The notes under the pieces: generated by a model
Told to the model about the DNA's origin: nothing
The model's database searches: none
The model's input: the letters and a program-made list of their open reading frames with translations, nothing else
Made by a program: the position numbers and the translations under genes
In this document: in pieces, positions 14,101 to 27,829 of the stretch
How positions within the stretch are numbered: the first letter of the stretch is position 1
Layout of the letters: every line of letters begins with the position of its first letter
From: Paragordius varius
Lineage: Eukaryota > Animalia > Nematomorpha
DNA length: 64,000 nt
Assembly: GCA_964247055.1 (NCBI GenBank)
Contig: OZ176055.1
Location: forward strand, 6,696,001 to 6,760,000
Reading direction: 5' to 3'

Positions 14101-14853
14101 TTAAAATGATGACCTTACTTAGTCCAAATTAAAAATAGCAGATGCAGAAAATAAGAACTATTGACAAACATAATAAAAAAATGTCTTAATTCAACTACCT
14201 TTGATTTTTAAACGACAGTTCTGATGATAATAATCTCAAAATTAACATTTATTATCGAAAAATTTTATTTATTTCGCTAGAAAATTTTCGTTAATTTTTT
14301 AAATAAGGTGGTATAAAAATAATGAAAAAGTAAAAATCAAATAAAATGTATGAAAAGATATATTATGTTTAAATTAATCATTTTAACTTAATATAAAAAA
14401 ATAAGCCAACCTGATAAGAATTAGTGGGGACCATTACACCAGTAGGAAATACACTAATTAATGCTTTATACGCTTTAGGGTCTCTGTGAACGCCCAAACT
14501 TCTCATCCGCTCCAGCATATAATAAATGAATTCGACAGCGCCTCGCCGATGTTGTCCTCGCTCCAAAAAAGCTTGGATTGACTCTAGAAACAACATTTGT
14601 AATTGTAAAAAATGTATCGTAAAATAATATTTAAAACTATTATTACGTACGATAAAAAGATTGCGCGGGTATAGGCGATCTGTTTTCATTTAAAATTAAT
14701 TCCCGATTTATAACTTTTAAATCTTCTTGCCTTCCATATTTTTCATGTGGAGATATATTTGCAGTAGAATATAACTGCTATATATAGTTAATAAATTACC
14801 TTTAAACCACTTCTTTTGTGTAATACATTTCTGAGCGGCAATCTATGAGACAT
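8122..14853 (-). CDS. ECSIT: ECSIT (complex I assembly / Toll pathway intermediate), multi-exon, with long low-complexity insertions
   Basis: Start exon 14853-14800 then a 22-nt intron. Conserved blocks appear in the expected order: QSIQAFLERGQHRRGAVEFIYYMLERMRSLGVHRDPKAYKALISVFP (~14410-14585), FHYPKQQHCAITLLDQM (~12990-13057), IMPDEEMYEILRERFG..KFRRMMYWFNKYKWVDPY (~12260-12400), VQFALCRM (~11620), VTSQSPDQKKLL (~10950), VEGPHIIWVNAKPIKHFILKA (~10720-10795), LLLWLKWLE (~8365-8395), NSALSKLPVTFNF; stop TAG at 8122-8124. Confidence 0.88.
13840..14115 (+). mobile_element. Degenerate non-LTR retrotransposon (RTE-like) C-terminal fragment inside an ECSIT intron
   Basis: Plus-strand frames give SAECWPIIKP (compare RTE YGxEcW) and, after a frameshift, KKQKWAGHTI...QILRG (compare RTE K/RWaGHxxR...iLxG). 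The tracked minus-strand ORF 13819-14091 is its antisense shadow. Confidence 0.55.
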
Positions 14854-17021
14854 TTTTCTATTATAATTTAAAAATAAGTTTAATTTCTGCAAAAAATGTT
14901 AAAAACATTTTATACCTTATCAACTCACATTTTTTACACATGGATTAAAACGCACATGGTACTATAGGTATGGTTAAAGTGAAGCTCAAGGGGCTCCATG
15001 CGGCATAAAAGTACTTTTTATGACCATGAATTATTTTTTTTGAATAAAACTATTTATTTACAAATGTTAAGTGATTTATTTTTAGAATTTAAAAATTCCG
15101 TTCATTTAGGTAATTTAATTGTAGAACTTTTTTATTGAAAAACTTCCAGTTTTTTGGACAAAATTTATGACCGGTTTTGATCATACTCTAAGTTTATCGA
15201 TGATGAGGATTCTAGTTTAGAAGAAACATTTTAAATAAAGAGCAAATAATGAGTTTGGCATGAGTGCTAAATAATATTACAACATAAAATCTAATGCTAT
15301 CCTGTTTTCGACATCATCAAATTATATAGAAAAGTATTATACCATTTCTATTCAAAATGCCATAACTGGATAACCCGGGCCAACTTAAAATTTATATTAA
15401 CTTATAACTACTAAAAAGCGCAATTTTTAAAAAAACATTGCTTCTAAAATCGGAAGATACAAAGAAATATTCTGTGAAATAGATAAATCCTGATAGGAAA
15501 ATGCATCCGGATTATCATGGGGCTTTTGGTGGCCCTTACAAATGATATAAGGAATTTATTATCACTTTTGTAGTAACTGCCCCATATCAGAAAATTGATA
15601 AATTTGATCACATTCTATTAAACGAAATTTTTTGGTGTAAGCTAAATGCTTCTTCCCAAAAAATAGCACTAATATGCATTATAAAAAGCAAAATATTATT
15701 TTAAAATTTATATATTAGATCTTAGCGCATGTCCCATTTTTTTGAACATAGGCTAATTCTCTTATAATAAACGCAATAATGCCGAGGTTGCGCGATAAAC
15801 TAACTATATGTTATTTTTTATATTAAGTAAAAATATTAAAAAATGCATGCTTTAAAAAATATTTTTTAGCAACGTTTTTTTGTACTAAATCCTATTTTAA
15901 AGCATCCTGGATACGGTATAAAAGCGCTCTAATATAAAATAAAAGTACTTTATATATATATCATGATAAAAAATTCTATTTTCCTATTTTCATATAATTC
16001 GGCTGCTTAAAATTTATAAAATATAAATTAATTTTGTGCAAAAATTCTTATTGTTAATAGCTTATGCGCTCATGGTGTCTAAGTATTTACCCTATTTTAT
16101 CCATAAAATAGCCAATCAAGTCAATTTGAATGTAACATTTTGGTGCGATCTTATTAATTTGCAAATTGAAATGGTATCAATACTATCGTAATTTTATAGC
16201 TACCTTATAAACAAGCCTAGAGTGGTCAACCATCCCAATTTAAACTATATGTAAGTGTTAATAAAAAATTAAAAACAGACAAACCATGCGTTTTACAAAT
16301 ATAACTATTTTGATATTCATAATAATAAAACATATATTAAAAATTATTTTCGTGCAATGGTTTTACGTGAATTTTAAGAAAATCTGCCCATACCCTAAAA
16401 GGAATTTTTAAGTCATATCTAAAAAATAAAATTATTTAAATTTTTGTATTTAAATATAGCCATATTTTTATATGAAAATATCTATAATGAATGTTTATAA
16501 AATAATTTTATTATTTAGGCTACTATTTAAAATAGAGCAATTAATAAAAAATTGTAAATTAAGTGACAACTACGTTCCAAAACCAAAAGCACAACTAAAA
16601 CCCCAATATATCAATCTCTTAGAATTTGCATATTTTTCATGATATTTCTTTAAACGTTCCGATATTGGGCGTTTCCTTATTTTAAAAAAAACTAGCTAAA
16701 TATGTTTTATATAAAAAAACTAAAAGTGAATTCAGCTTCTATTATACTATAATATAATTCAGTCGCAAAACTCTTTATATATTTTGTTATGCCCATATCT
16801 TAATTTATTATTGTATAATAAACAAAAACCCGAATACAGATTCTTCTTGTTATACTTTATACGACTCATATGTTTTCATTACCGCCAATTTTGAATTTCT
16901 GTGTTCCTCGTGGAAAAACCAACGACCAGCCCTCGTTCGCTTTCCACAAAAATCGTAATATGCAATTTTATTAGTTTTAAGCTCTAGAAAAGGCTTAAAT
17001 ATTCCGTAAACAGCCGAAAAT

Positions 17022-20000
17022 ATGAGTTTTACCTCCTGTGACTATAATTCACTATCCAATTATATTCAAGTTATAAGCGAAAGCGTTGGAATACCAATTA
17101 CAGATGGCATCCAATTAAATTTCTTAACAGACAACATTCTTTGGCAAATTGAGAATTTATTGCAAGTTAATATTAATTTTATACATAAAGGATGCCGAAA
17201 AATATTCCAGGCACGCAAAAAGGACTTTTATTATTGACTCTGATATAAATCGCGCTTTAATTGACAAAAATATTGAAGTAATTGTTTTGTTTATAAATTC
17301 TTTAGCCTCTATATGGATTTGGTAAGGCAGATTTACCTGCATTAAAGAATATAACTATTGGTAATCGTGAGTTTACATACACTGATGAAAATAAAACAGA
17401 AGTAGATTTAAATCAAGCAGTCCTTAATATACCCAAATTACCCCTAGATTCGCACATAAAGGGTACATTTTTATATTTTATAATAAAATACCGATTTGTA
17501 TTAAAAAACATTTTTTATTAAATTTTTGATTGATATCATAATTTTTTAGCTCATTGGTTATGTGTTGAAGGTGTTCAACCACTTATACCCGAAAATATTT
17601 CTCCAGGTACTTTTTTCAATTTAATTATGTTTTTATTTTATATAACTTTTAATTTAGAAAATATTTTCGGTTTTGGTTTTCTTGTCGCATTTTCAGGGTT
17701 TTTTTAGTTTTACGCTAATTTTTTATAACGAAAATCATCATTACTATATTTTTACAGCATCACAACAATACTTGCCATCAGCATACCCATCAAGGAATAA
17801 AAATCTTGGTAGCCAGCCAAAAACGAAAGATGATTTAATTACCGTTCCTGTTTCAAATGTATTTTCGGCATCTCGTCAAAGAATTTTACATCGCAAACAT
17901 GCACTCCGATCATCTAGACATAAAAGGAAACAACAACAGCATCCTTATCGAAATGTCATTTCAAAATCTCACATTAGCAGACAAAAATATGATTCCCATT
18001 TCAAATCAGATCTTTATTCGGATTTTAATACAAACCTAAATGAAGAATTACAACTATCCTCTCTTTCTATAGTATATTTGATTTACTTTGCATTTATAGA
18101 TTATAAATTTTTTGCATGCGTAAAATATTTTAGCGGACCCGCCCTTTGATGATACCCAATTTTGAGAATTCATTTAAAAATTAAGTAACATTATTAGGGA
18201 CTTAAAACTAAGTTTTTTTGGTAAGGAAAGGTACACTCAAGATCTATTGATTCTATAAATACCAGAACTTTTTTTAAATCGGAAAAAGATGATTTAACAA
18301 CTAGTTTGCATCAAAAACCATAAAACTTTTTTATAGTTTTACACGTATATAATTCATTTTTGTATAATCACACATTAGTTTAGTGCTTTTTAGCACTAAT
18401 CAGTCGAATCCCCACCAACTATAACCTAATAAGTTTTCTGTTAATTTCCCTTTACGGCTTATATCTACATAGTTGTACGGGATTTTACAAGATGATATTA
18501 CAAATTATACCATATATTTTTGCGCTTAGGAACAACAATTATATTACAAAGATATCACAGAAGCATGTGTCGGTTCTGAAGAATCAAAACGATCTCAATC
18601 ATTCCAAAGCTTGGCTTCAGACCCTGGATTACATGCGCTACTACCCCGGTATTATTTTTATTTTTTGAATAATTATCGATTCATTGATAATATATACAAT
18701 CGAGAAACAATAAGTTATACTTTATACATTTTTTTTTCTTGATTACTAATTTTACGGTTTGAGATACAGACAAAACCTTAAAACTAAGGACAATTTTTGT
18801 AAAAAGACAACACCCGTACTTTTTAAACCTAGATTTATTTTATTTAATCATTCTTTATATGTATAATTGGAAAATATATAATATAGTGTGTTACCAATTT
18901 ACATCTCTAATTTTGTCTCTATCTTTAGGTATATTTTAATGCGTTTGTCTTTATAACTTTAATTTTTACTTTATATAAATACTAGGTTTTAGACTAACCA
19001 GTAAATGTTTATAACTTGGTATAAACTGAAAATCAAAAAATGAAATTTTTATTATTAAATTTACTCTAACTATAATTGTAATACCATATCTTTCAAAAGC
19101 AATTAAATTTCGTTAAATTTGATCAGCTACACAATAATATAAATTTTCATTTGTGGTGACACAATTGATTGGTGTGGATGGTAATTGACTGCATTTATCT
19201 TATTTTTTACCAGTTAAAAACTAATCTTACTCTACCTTATCTAAGTTTTGGAAATTATAAAACATTGAATTGTAATAATTTGTTGCCTTATAGTGGTAAC
19301 GATATAAATATTTTATTAATATTTATTTGGGAAATTTTATTAAAATAAAATAATTTTATAAACATTATTATTATTTAACAACCAATCAATACTTTCCTAT
19401 ACGTATCATTTTATAAATACAGTCATGTATCCTTTATTTTACCAAAATTTATTTTTTTTCATTAAATGGCAATAAATATTTGGTAAAGAATGGAAAAAAC
19501 AAAAACTCTATGGTATTAACAATATCATATTCATCAAAAAGTATAAGAATTACCATAGAGCTCTTTCTTATTTTTTCCATTCTTTACCAAATATTTATAC
19601 TCATTTAACGTAAAAAATAAATACCTTTTTTGATAAAATAAAGGATAAGATGACTGTATTTTATCGTTAAAGCATTTCAAAAATATATATATATTGTAGC
19701 TTTATCAACTTTATTACACGGGGTGTTCGGGTTAATCTTATGCAAAGGAATCTCGCTGTCCTCATTTATTTGATGAGAATGGCCCGCGCGCTATTGGAAA
19801 ACCCGCATTTATTAACCCCTGCCCCTAATTATAATTCATTTCTCCTTTCTGTGGCCACCAATAGTAACAATAATAATGGTGGTGTTGAAACAAAAATGCC
19901 TTTGTCATCAATACATTCGACTAAAAGGTAAGTTGTGTTTATATGATATTTTTGTTGAATACGAGTTAAAAAATGTGACATTTTATGGTCTAAACACTAA

Positions 20001-23000
20001 TCAAGAAATTTTTATTATGAATATTCTATTAAATAGCACAATCATTTATGTTACGACATATTATTGATTCTCAAAAAAGTCATTCTTTTACTTTTTATAT
20101 ATACTTTATAATATTTTAACTTCAATCATTGGTCATCAGCCATCATACTATATTGCTTATTAATTGAAGGTAGCTGAATTCAAAATGGTTTTTATTTTTG
20201 TTTACAAATGCATCTATTTCTTTAATTTGGCCTCAGTAGTCATTTATAGCACTTGGGCAGTTTTTAAGGGCCTATAGGTTTTGGAATAGGATATCCTACT
20301 TTAATTTTTGTGTTAATTCCTTTATAAAATTTCCTTTAAACTATACCATTTACACTTCGAATTAACCCTCGAACAATTTGAATTCACCCTAAATTATGTC
20401 TTTTTTAAGATTAAAATTATCTATTTTTTAAAAAAAAATGAAATTTCGTTTAAAATTAAAACAATACCGAAATAAACTATGCCATAAAGATATATATATA
20501 TATATATATATATATATCATATTAATGATGAGTTATATTAGCCCGAACATTGATAATTTTTTTTAGGTAAATTTGAATTGAATTGTAAATGGTATATATT
20601 TTTCTTTAGTCATCAGCCACAATCACACAATATTGCTCAATTTAACGGGAGAAACGATCCTAATGAAAGTGATTCTAATCGTACTAACACACCTTGTAGT
20701 AACTTAATGTTAACTGGTCTTAAATCATACGCTCACTTAATTGCCCCAGCTATTGTTAGTTGCTGTATGTGTGATATAATGTGTCAAAGACCAGAATCCG
20801 ATAACCATTGGGCCCTGAGAGATTTTTCAGCAAAACAGCTTGGCCTACTGTGTAAAACGGTGTTAGAGGTATTTTTTTATTGTTAAAAATGTTGGTTCCC
20901 CCTTTAAAAGTATGAAATTATTATTTTATGTAAAAGCATGCAATATTTTTATTTCAGAAACATTCTGTAAAATCTTTTAGATCATGTTTTTAAAACTCTT
21001 GTTTTTGAATGAAAAAAAACGATGTTGTTTGTGAAGAATAATCCTATACAGTAAAATTTAAAATTATAAAGACAAAATATAAAGTGTACAATCAGCTTAT
21101 TAAAACTTTGAATTATAAAACCTATATGCTTTAAATGTGAAATATAAAATTGAGTGTTTACTAACTTTACATATCTCTTCCTCATGCTGCCACCTAAAAC
21201 GAAATGTTTTATTAAAAAATTAATGTTTCAAAAATATACACTATAAAAAAAATTTTTAATGCCTTTTATAATATTAGTTTTTACTGCCCAAAAGTGCATC
21301 TAAATACTTAGCGTTTTTATTAAAATTTAATTTTATCCCTTTCAATCAATGATTTTGGACCTTACTTTATGTTTTCTAATGACAAAAATATGTATATGCA
21401 AAAACTAATATATATTGCTAATTTATTTTGTAAGTACCATATATATTTAAATGCTTATAGCAAAAATATTTGGTCAATTATACATTATAAAAATTAATTA
21501 TTTTTTTATCTCTGTCCCACACATCTGTCTTAGCAATCCAAATCCGATATTGGTTTTGTAGAAACCTCTTCTGTCAATGCATCAAAATTAACTAAGGAAC
21601 CCCCAAATCCCAATGCAAAATCTCTAAATGATTCCATTGATGTTACAAAAAATGGAACTAAATCAATTAAAAAATTAGAAAATGTTAATATTAGTAGTAA
21701 TGGTAACCTAGCAAATTTACAGTACCGAGTTGGCCGACAAAGCATGAAAATGATTACAGATTTCGTCTTGCAGACCCAAAAAATTTTGGGAAACTCTAGT
21801 ATATATATAAATATGTTTTTATGAACAAATATTAATTTGTTTATCACATAGGTCAAATATTTTTTGAAAGTATTTGTTTTTTGGGTGTTGTTTTTGAAAC
21901 TAAATTATGCATATTTTAGTTTTATACACCCATTAAAGCTAATAAAAATATTCTAACTATATTTCCGATAGCTAGTGTATATTTTAATGCTTTCAACATT
22001 TTTTGTCCTAAATATTTTCTGAACAACCGTTCATATCTATAATTTTAATCCATTCGCTTTTCAACTCTTATTTATATGTTTTATTTGCACACAGCTACAA
22101 AAACTCAAAATCTCAACAAAGACGAAATCGTAATTTCAGACGATGATGAAAACTCTACTGATACGAATCAAAAAACAATGTCAATTAAAGTGGAAAATCC
22201 ACATTCTATTTCATCTCAGGATAATTTTGAAAAGAACAATCATCACAATGACATTGTTACAAATGCTGCAGTTGTTAAAACAGAAACCGAACAAGATTCA
22301 TCTGATAAGATTCGCCTGGAAAAGTTATGTAAAGACCTTGAAAGCGACAACGTGGAACAAAATCAATCACTATTTAAAGCAACAAGCCATCACGCTGTGA
22401 TTAGTTTAGCGTCAGTTTATGGGGCATTTATGATCTTGATGGAACTTGGTCCATCCGTTTTATCCACCTATTTTGCATCGGCAAACGCGTTATCAGAGTT
22501 TGATGCGCTCCTTAGTCAATATAAAATCCAATGTTTAGATACCCTTTCCAACCTACAAACTCTGTACACTGTATTGGGTTTAGTCAGTAGTACATCAGCT
22601 ACCATGACGACAAATATTACCGCTAAAAGTCCTTTTTTATCATCACAGGCTAACATGCAAAAAGCTGTACAATTTGTCAAACAACTTGCTACGCGTTTTA
22701 CCAATCCAACACCACCAAATTGCTACAATATGAATCATGGAGGTTTGGTTGTTTTCCAAAAGAGTTTTTTGACCTAATTTTTACCGTGTGTAACTAACTA
22801 TACATTGCTGTTTTTTTTTCATTAAATATTGATTGCCATTAGTAGTACTTAGCGGTTATATCGAATAAAGGGAAAACAAGCGTAAAAGTACACATTTTAT
22901 ATATGCACCAATCTCGTTTGACAATAATCAATGAAAAAATAGCAATATATGTTTACTCACACTTAAGTCAATATATTAGTTAAAATTTAGGCATAAGTAT

Positions 23001-25771
23001 CTAGGGTTTTTGGATTTTTACTGTATAAAAATACTAGCCTGTTAGTGCTGCTTGTAATAGTAGTCATTCACGATTTATTATGTATCATTATATACTTTAC
23101 TGGTGAAATTATATGGTAATAAAAACTATAGACAAAAATATAAATTTCAAATTACATAATATTGTTTAGTCATATTTCTATAAGAGGCGTATTAACTTAA
23201 ATATATATCCATTCAAACTATTAAAATTTTATTTTTTACCAATAATTCATTTAAGGTGTCAAATCCGGTTCTTTTTCTCAAACACGTCGTCCACAAACTA
23301 TCACACCAATCATCATCCATAAAGCTATATGTTATGAGCGAGTTTCCTGTGATTATGTACGTCAAGCCTTAATTAAATGTGCTGCCTCTTTGTTTTTGGC
23401 CAACTATTCCCTGAATAAAGGTAGTATTTCATACCTAGTCAAATTTACAAGACAGTATAATGTGATAAATATTAGTTAAGCTTTTAATTACTACAGACAA
23501 TCTTTCCAAGTCAATTTTATTGTAAAATGAAAGAATATTACATTTTTCCGAAATAAAATCTTCAAAAATTTGATAATACAAATTATTTTGTAAATAATAT
23601 CATGAATTTATTTATAAATTGCAGAGCATAAAACTAAAAGAGTAATATTTTTTGATATTGTTAACCATTTTTTTTAACACCTTAATTTTTTTATATAAGC
23701 TCTCGTGTAGGAATGCAAAATAAGAAAAATATAATTATATATTTCTAGGTAAAATTTATAATAAAATCAAGATTTAAAAAAGTATGGTTGTTTTTTTAAA
23801 AATTTCTTTTTATTTTTAAGTTTAATTTTTGCTTGTAAATTTTATATGTTGTCTTTATAATTTTAATTTCACGCAATTTTATAAAATGCAAAATTCTTAT
23901 ACCATACCATTCATATTTAATTTGAACATGTAAATAGGCATAACTATATCAAGCGGGGTGGTAGATCAACCTTCCTCAACAACCTACACCATGGATGAAT
24001 TAAAGGGCTTGTATGGGCCCAGTTTAGGCACCATGGTATACAATCAATTACGGAAACAACAACACCAAGCCAACATATTACAACATAATCAACAACAACA
24101 GCAAAACACAATAATTGGTTCATCTGGGACTTTACGGAGTGTTGCCACCCCAACCCCAACATTATTTCCACATGCGGCGACCACGTTTCTTTTAAATTCA
24201 TCCTCGTCAGCATCTAACTTATTGAATCATCCTGGGTCTTCGTTGTTAAATCAAACAACAGCTTTGATTGGTGGCATGAATGGTCCAACTTTATCATATC
24301 ATAATCAACAGTACCATCCTAATCAATTTTATCAGCAAAATCCACCACGCGTTACACATTTAAATGTCGTTTCTACGTTGGGTTTGACGGGCGGCCAACC
24401 ACCAAATTTAAGGTAAGTTATTGGTTAATACATAATATCATTCATAATAGATGATTGATATTTTAACCGCTAGAAAAACATATTAGCACAAGCTTCTAAT
24501 TAATAATAGGGGGAAAATTTATAGAGCATTAAAGTCCGTAAAAAATAATTTTGATAATTCAGCTTTAAGGTTGATTAAGCAGTTTAGAGGTTGAATGAAA
24601 GATTTTAAGATTACTGAAAAAGCTCTAAGTTTGATTGATAAAATGTATAAATCTAATAGAGAGTGTTGTGTTAAAAAAATTTATTTTCTACGATGTAATA
24701 TTTTTAAGCAATATTTTATAATAATATGAAAAAAAAATATTTTTCTCTAAAATCAGGTATATGCAAGGTGCTAACAACGTGGCATCATCCAATTTTCTCG
24801 CAACAAACACAAATGCAATGATGTTTTATCAAAACAAATCCGGTGCTGCTGCTTCATTACATCCACTCCGCTCATCACGGACGGTTTATATATTTATGTT
24901 TATTTCGAAATAAAATTTGTCTATTATTCACAAAAATACAGTTTGATTAATATATGATTATAAGGAAAAAATATTAAGTTAAATAAAAAAAAATGTGTTC
25001 AATAGCTTACTTTTATACAAAAGAAAATTATGATGGTAAATTGATTTGTAATGAAATAAATATCTATCATTGTTTTGCTATAATATGATGAGGTCCAAAA
25101 AACTTAGAAAAGGGTTTCTTTTCAAACATTTTCAACGTTAACAAGATCATGATTTCTTTCTTTTCTATCAAAGTTATCCATCGAACAAACCTATTTTTTA
25201 TAAATATCATTTTCCCTTTTAGATTGCATATAAATATGCTCAATTTTGCTTTTCAAAACCACCATAGTTTATTAAAAAAATACAATATATATATTATATG
25301 GTTGTCTTTTCAAAAAAAATTCCTTTTCAATTAAATTTTTATTTATGTATTTAGCCTCGCCCAGGGACCCCTACAAATTTTATATATCAACGGCAAAATA
25401 ATACAGGCTCATACCATCTCAGTAACCTTAGTTATAATAATAATACCATAATAAACAATAACAATACAAACATTGTACATCGGGGTATCACAAACGCCTC
25501 AAGTAGTGCCATAACCCTAAATATAAACCAAAATAATTATCAACAACAAAATACTGTCAATAATATAATTAACCACAGTAATATTTTGAATAAACCACTC
25601 ACTGGTAACGCCACATTTAATCGTATTGCAAATCCTATTAATCTCAACAATCTTAATAATAATAATAATATGATAATTGGCCGTGTTAATTCTCCCTCCA
25701 TACTCAAGGGTACTACTGTGTCAACCTCATCAACTATCCTACTAAATCACCATAACTCCCTTAATAAGTAA
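17022..25771 (+). CDS. TAF6: TFIID subunit 6, multi-exon, with large insertions and an N/Q-rich C-terminal extension
   Basis: Histone-fold exons 17022-17165 / 17191-17277 / 17306-17462 ([41 protein letters not shown]), then [15 protein letters not shown] (~17550-17605), [32 protein letters not shown] (~18530-18650), [28 protein letters not shown] (~19720-19805), [15 protein letters not shown] (~20790-20830) and [13 protein letters not shown] (~22410-22450). The last putative exon ends at TAA 25769-25771. Confidence 0.92.
19420..19656. mobile_element. Tc1/mariner-type foldback MITE in a TAF6 intron
   Basis: TA|CAGTCAT ... ATGACTG|TA. The arms are imperfect inverted repeats over ~100 bp (e.g. 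AAATATTTGGTAAAGAATGGAAAAAA vs TTTTTTCCATTCTTTACCAAATATTT). Confidence 0.8.
20346..20592. mobile_element. Second copy of the TA|CCATTT MITE family, with an internal (TA)n tract, ending ~17 bp upstream of a TAF6 3' splice site
   Basis: TA|CCATTTACAC ... TTGTAAATGG|TA; the interior matches 5429-5762 in reverse orientation. Confidence 0.75.
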
Positions 25772-27829
25772 TATGTTCGTTTGTTTGTGAAATAAAGACG
25801 TGTTTTGGAAAAATGAGTGAAGGTATGAAATAATAGGCACTCCCATCCTGCCATTGTTTACCTTTTGGTCGAAATCCATCATAACAATTTGATATATATT
25901 ATCAAAATTATTATTACCCGATTCTCCTTATTATATGCCATTGACTATCCTTAATTTAATAAATATCATAATAATTTATTTATTTTACAATCCGAGTCGT
26001 AAAAATATGAAATTGGAGCACCAAACAACATTTTGTGGTTATCATTAGTATTATATCAATTTACAAACATTGTAAATTAGTATGAAAATATAAATAAGCT
26101 ATACTATATAAAAGATATTTTGATGTAGAAATGCTAACTGACAGGTAGCTCAAAAAAATATTTATCGAATGTTAATCTTTTAGTTGGGAACTATTTAATT
26201 CGTGTCTTTTTATGAAACGCTCTTTTTTAAACCCAAATATTGGTTTTAAACCAATTTGGAAAACGTGTAAACGTATTTATTGATACTTAGATTTTTATCA
26301 TTTTAGTAACTGTAACGCCATCTTAAAAATTTTAATATCTAATATATTACGTTTAAAAAGTGAAATAATTTAATACAAAATTCGGCATGGATGTGAAAAC
26401 TGACTTTTTAAAGGGATAACGTAGTGCAAAATCAAAACTGTAATTTGAGCTATTCTTTAAATACATTCATTAATGGCTATTTTTGAACTCTTTAAATATT
26501 CAATACTTCACATTTACTTGTTTAATTTTAGGGGTTTAATAGATCATAAGCGGTTTTCAAAGTGAGTTTGCAAGAGTTTACGAATACTCTCTATTTTATA
26601 ATATACATATTTTAAAAAAAATGTTATAACCAAATTATACTTAAAATTGGCGGATTTACGATTTTTAAATATAAAAAAATATAATGGGATTTTTCAAATT
26701 AACTCATGGGACTTGAACGTATCAAGATTATCATTTTACAATTTAAATTATTTTTCAAACAGAGTCAATGAATGATAATAAGTTTTTAAAAAGAGAGGAA
26801 TACGCCATAATATATTGCAAACCAATACGCGATATACACCTAATATAAATATTTATAATTTTTATTAACTAACAGCGAATTTTAAACTTTAAAATATTGG
26901 TTGGCGAACTTAAGAAGAGAATTGGTCTTAATATTATGATTGATTTATAGGTTTTTAAAACTGATAATGATTTTATCGTAACAGTAAACTAATAGAAACA
27001 AACAATTTAGTTGACGGCAAGAATGGTTAACAAAGATACTGAATATTTTTAAAAAATGTAGAAAATTGCCAATAGTTTTTTCTATTCGTCCTTTATTTGG
27101 ACATAATGCTACAGTAATTAATTGTTAAATTATCATGACTTTTTCGCACAAAATTATTTTAACATTTTGGATTTTACAAATATGGTATTTTTAACTAAAA
27201 ACTCATAAAACTATAAAAATATTAATATGAAAAATTTTGTTAATTGAAGCACAATCGGTGGATAATCTGTTTTTAATAGCCAAATATTAAAACAAAGCAC
27301 GGGTTTTCAAAATAAAATTTTTAACTGCTTCCAAAAAATATAATTATATATCTCACAAAAGTTTGTTTATTTATTCCTCTATATCTATATTTTTTAGACA
27401 ATAGTTTATAAATACTATCTACCATTTTATTTTTTTAAACATTCTTTATTCCCAAGTAGCTTCAATACTTTTAGATTATGGCGACTTTGCAATTTTAGGG
27501 GAGGCAAAGTTCTTAATTAGTTTCTTAATCGACAAAATTTAATATTTTAATTAACATATTTTTTACCATGCCCTCTTTATAATCCATATCAAGCTTCATT
27601 ATTGGCCTTTAAAAAACAAAAAATAGAAAAACAATCGAAAAGGTAAATAATTTAAATGCAGGGTTCCAGATAGTGAAGAAATAATATATGTATAAATATT
27701 TGTTACATCTGAAAAACAGCAAATAATTGTTTAGATATGGTAATCAAGAAAATCTAAGTGTTCTAGAGAAACAGTCGATCGTTAAAATTGATGCGATAAA
27801 AGAACTAATTTTATTTTAATTTTAAAAAC

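Noticed and set aside
15195-15232. ATGAGGA-TTCTAGTTTAGAA-GAAAC hammerhead-like arrangement
   Set aside because: It lacks the core C of CUGANGA, stem III and a cleavage triplet.
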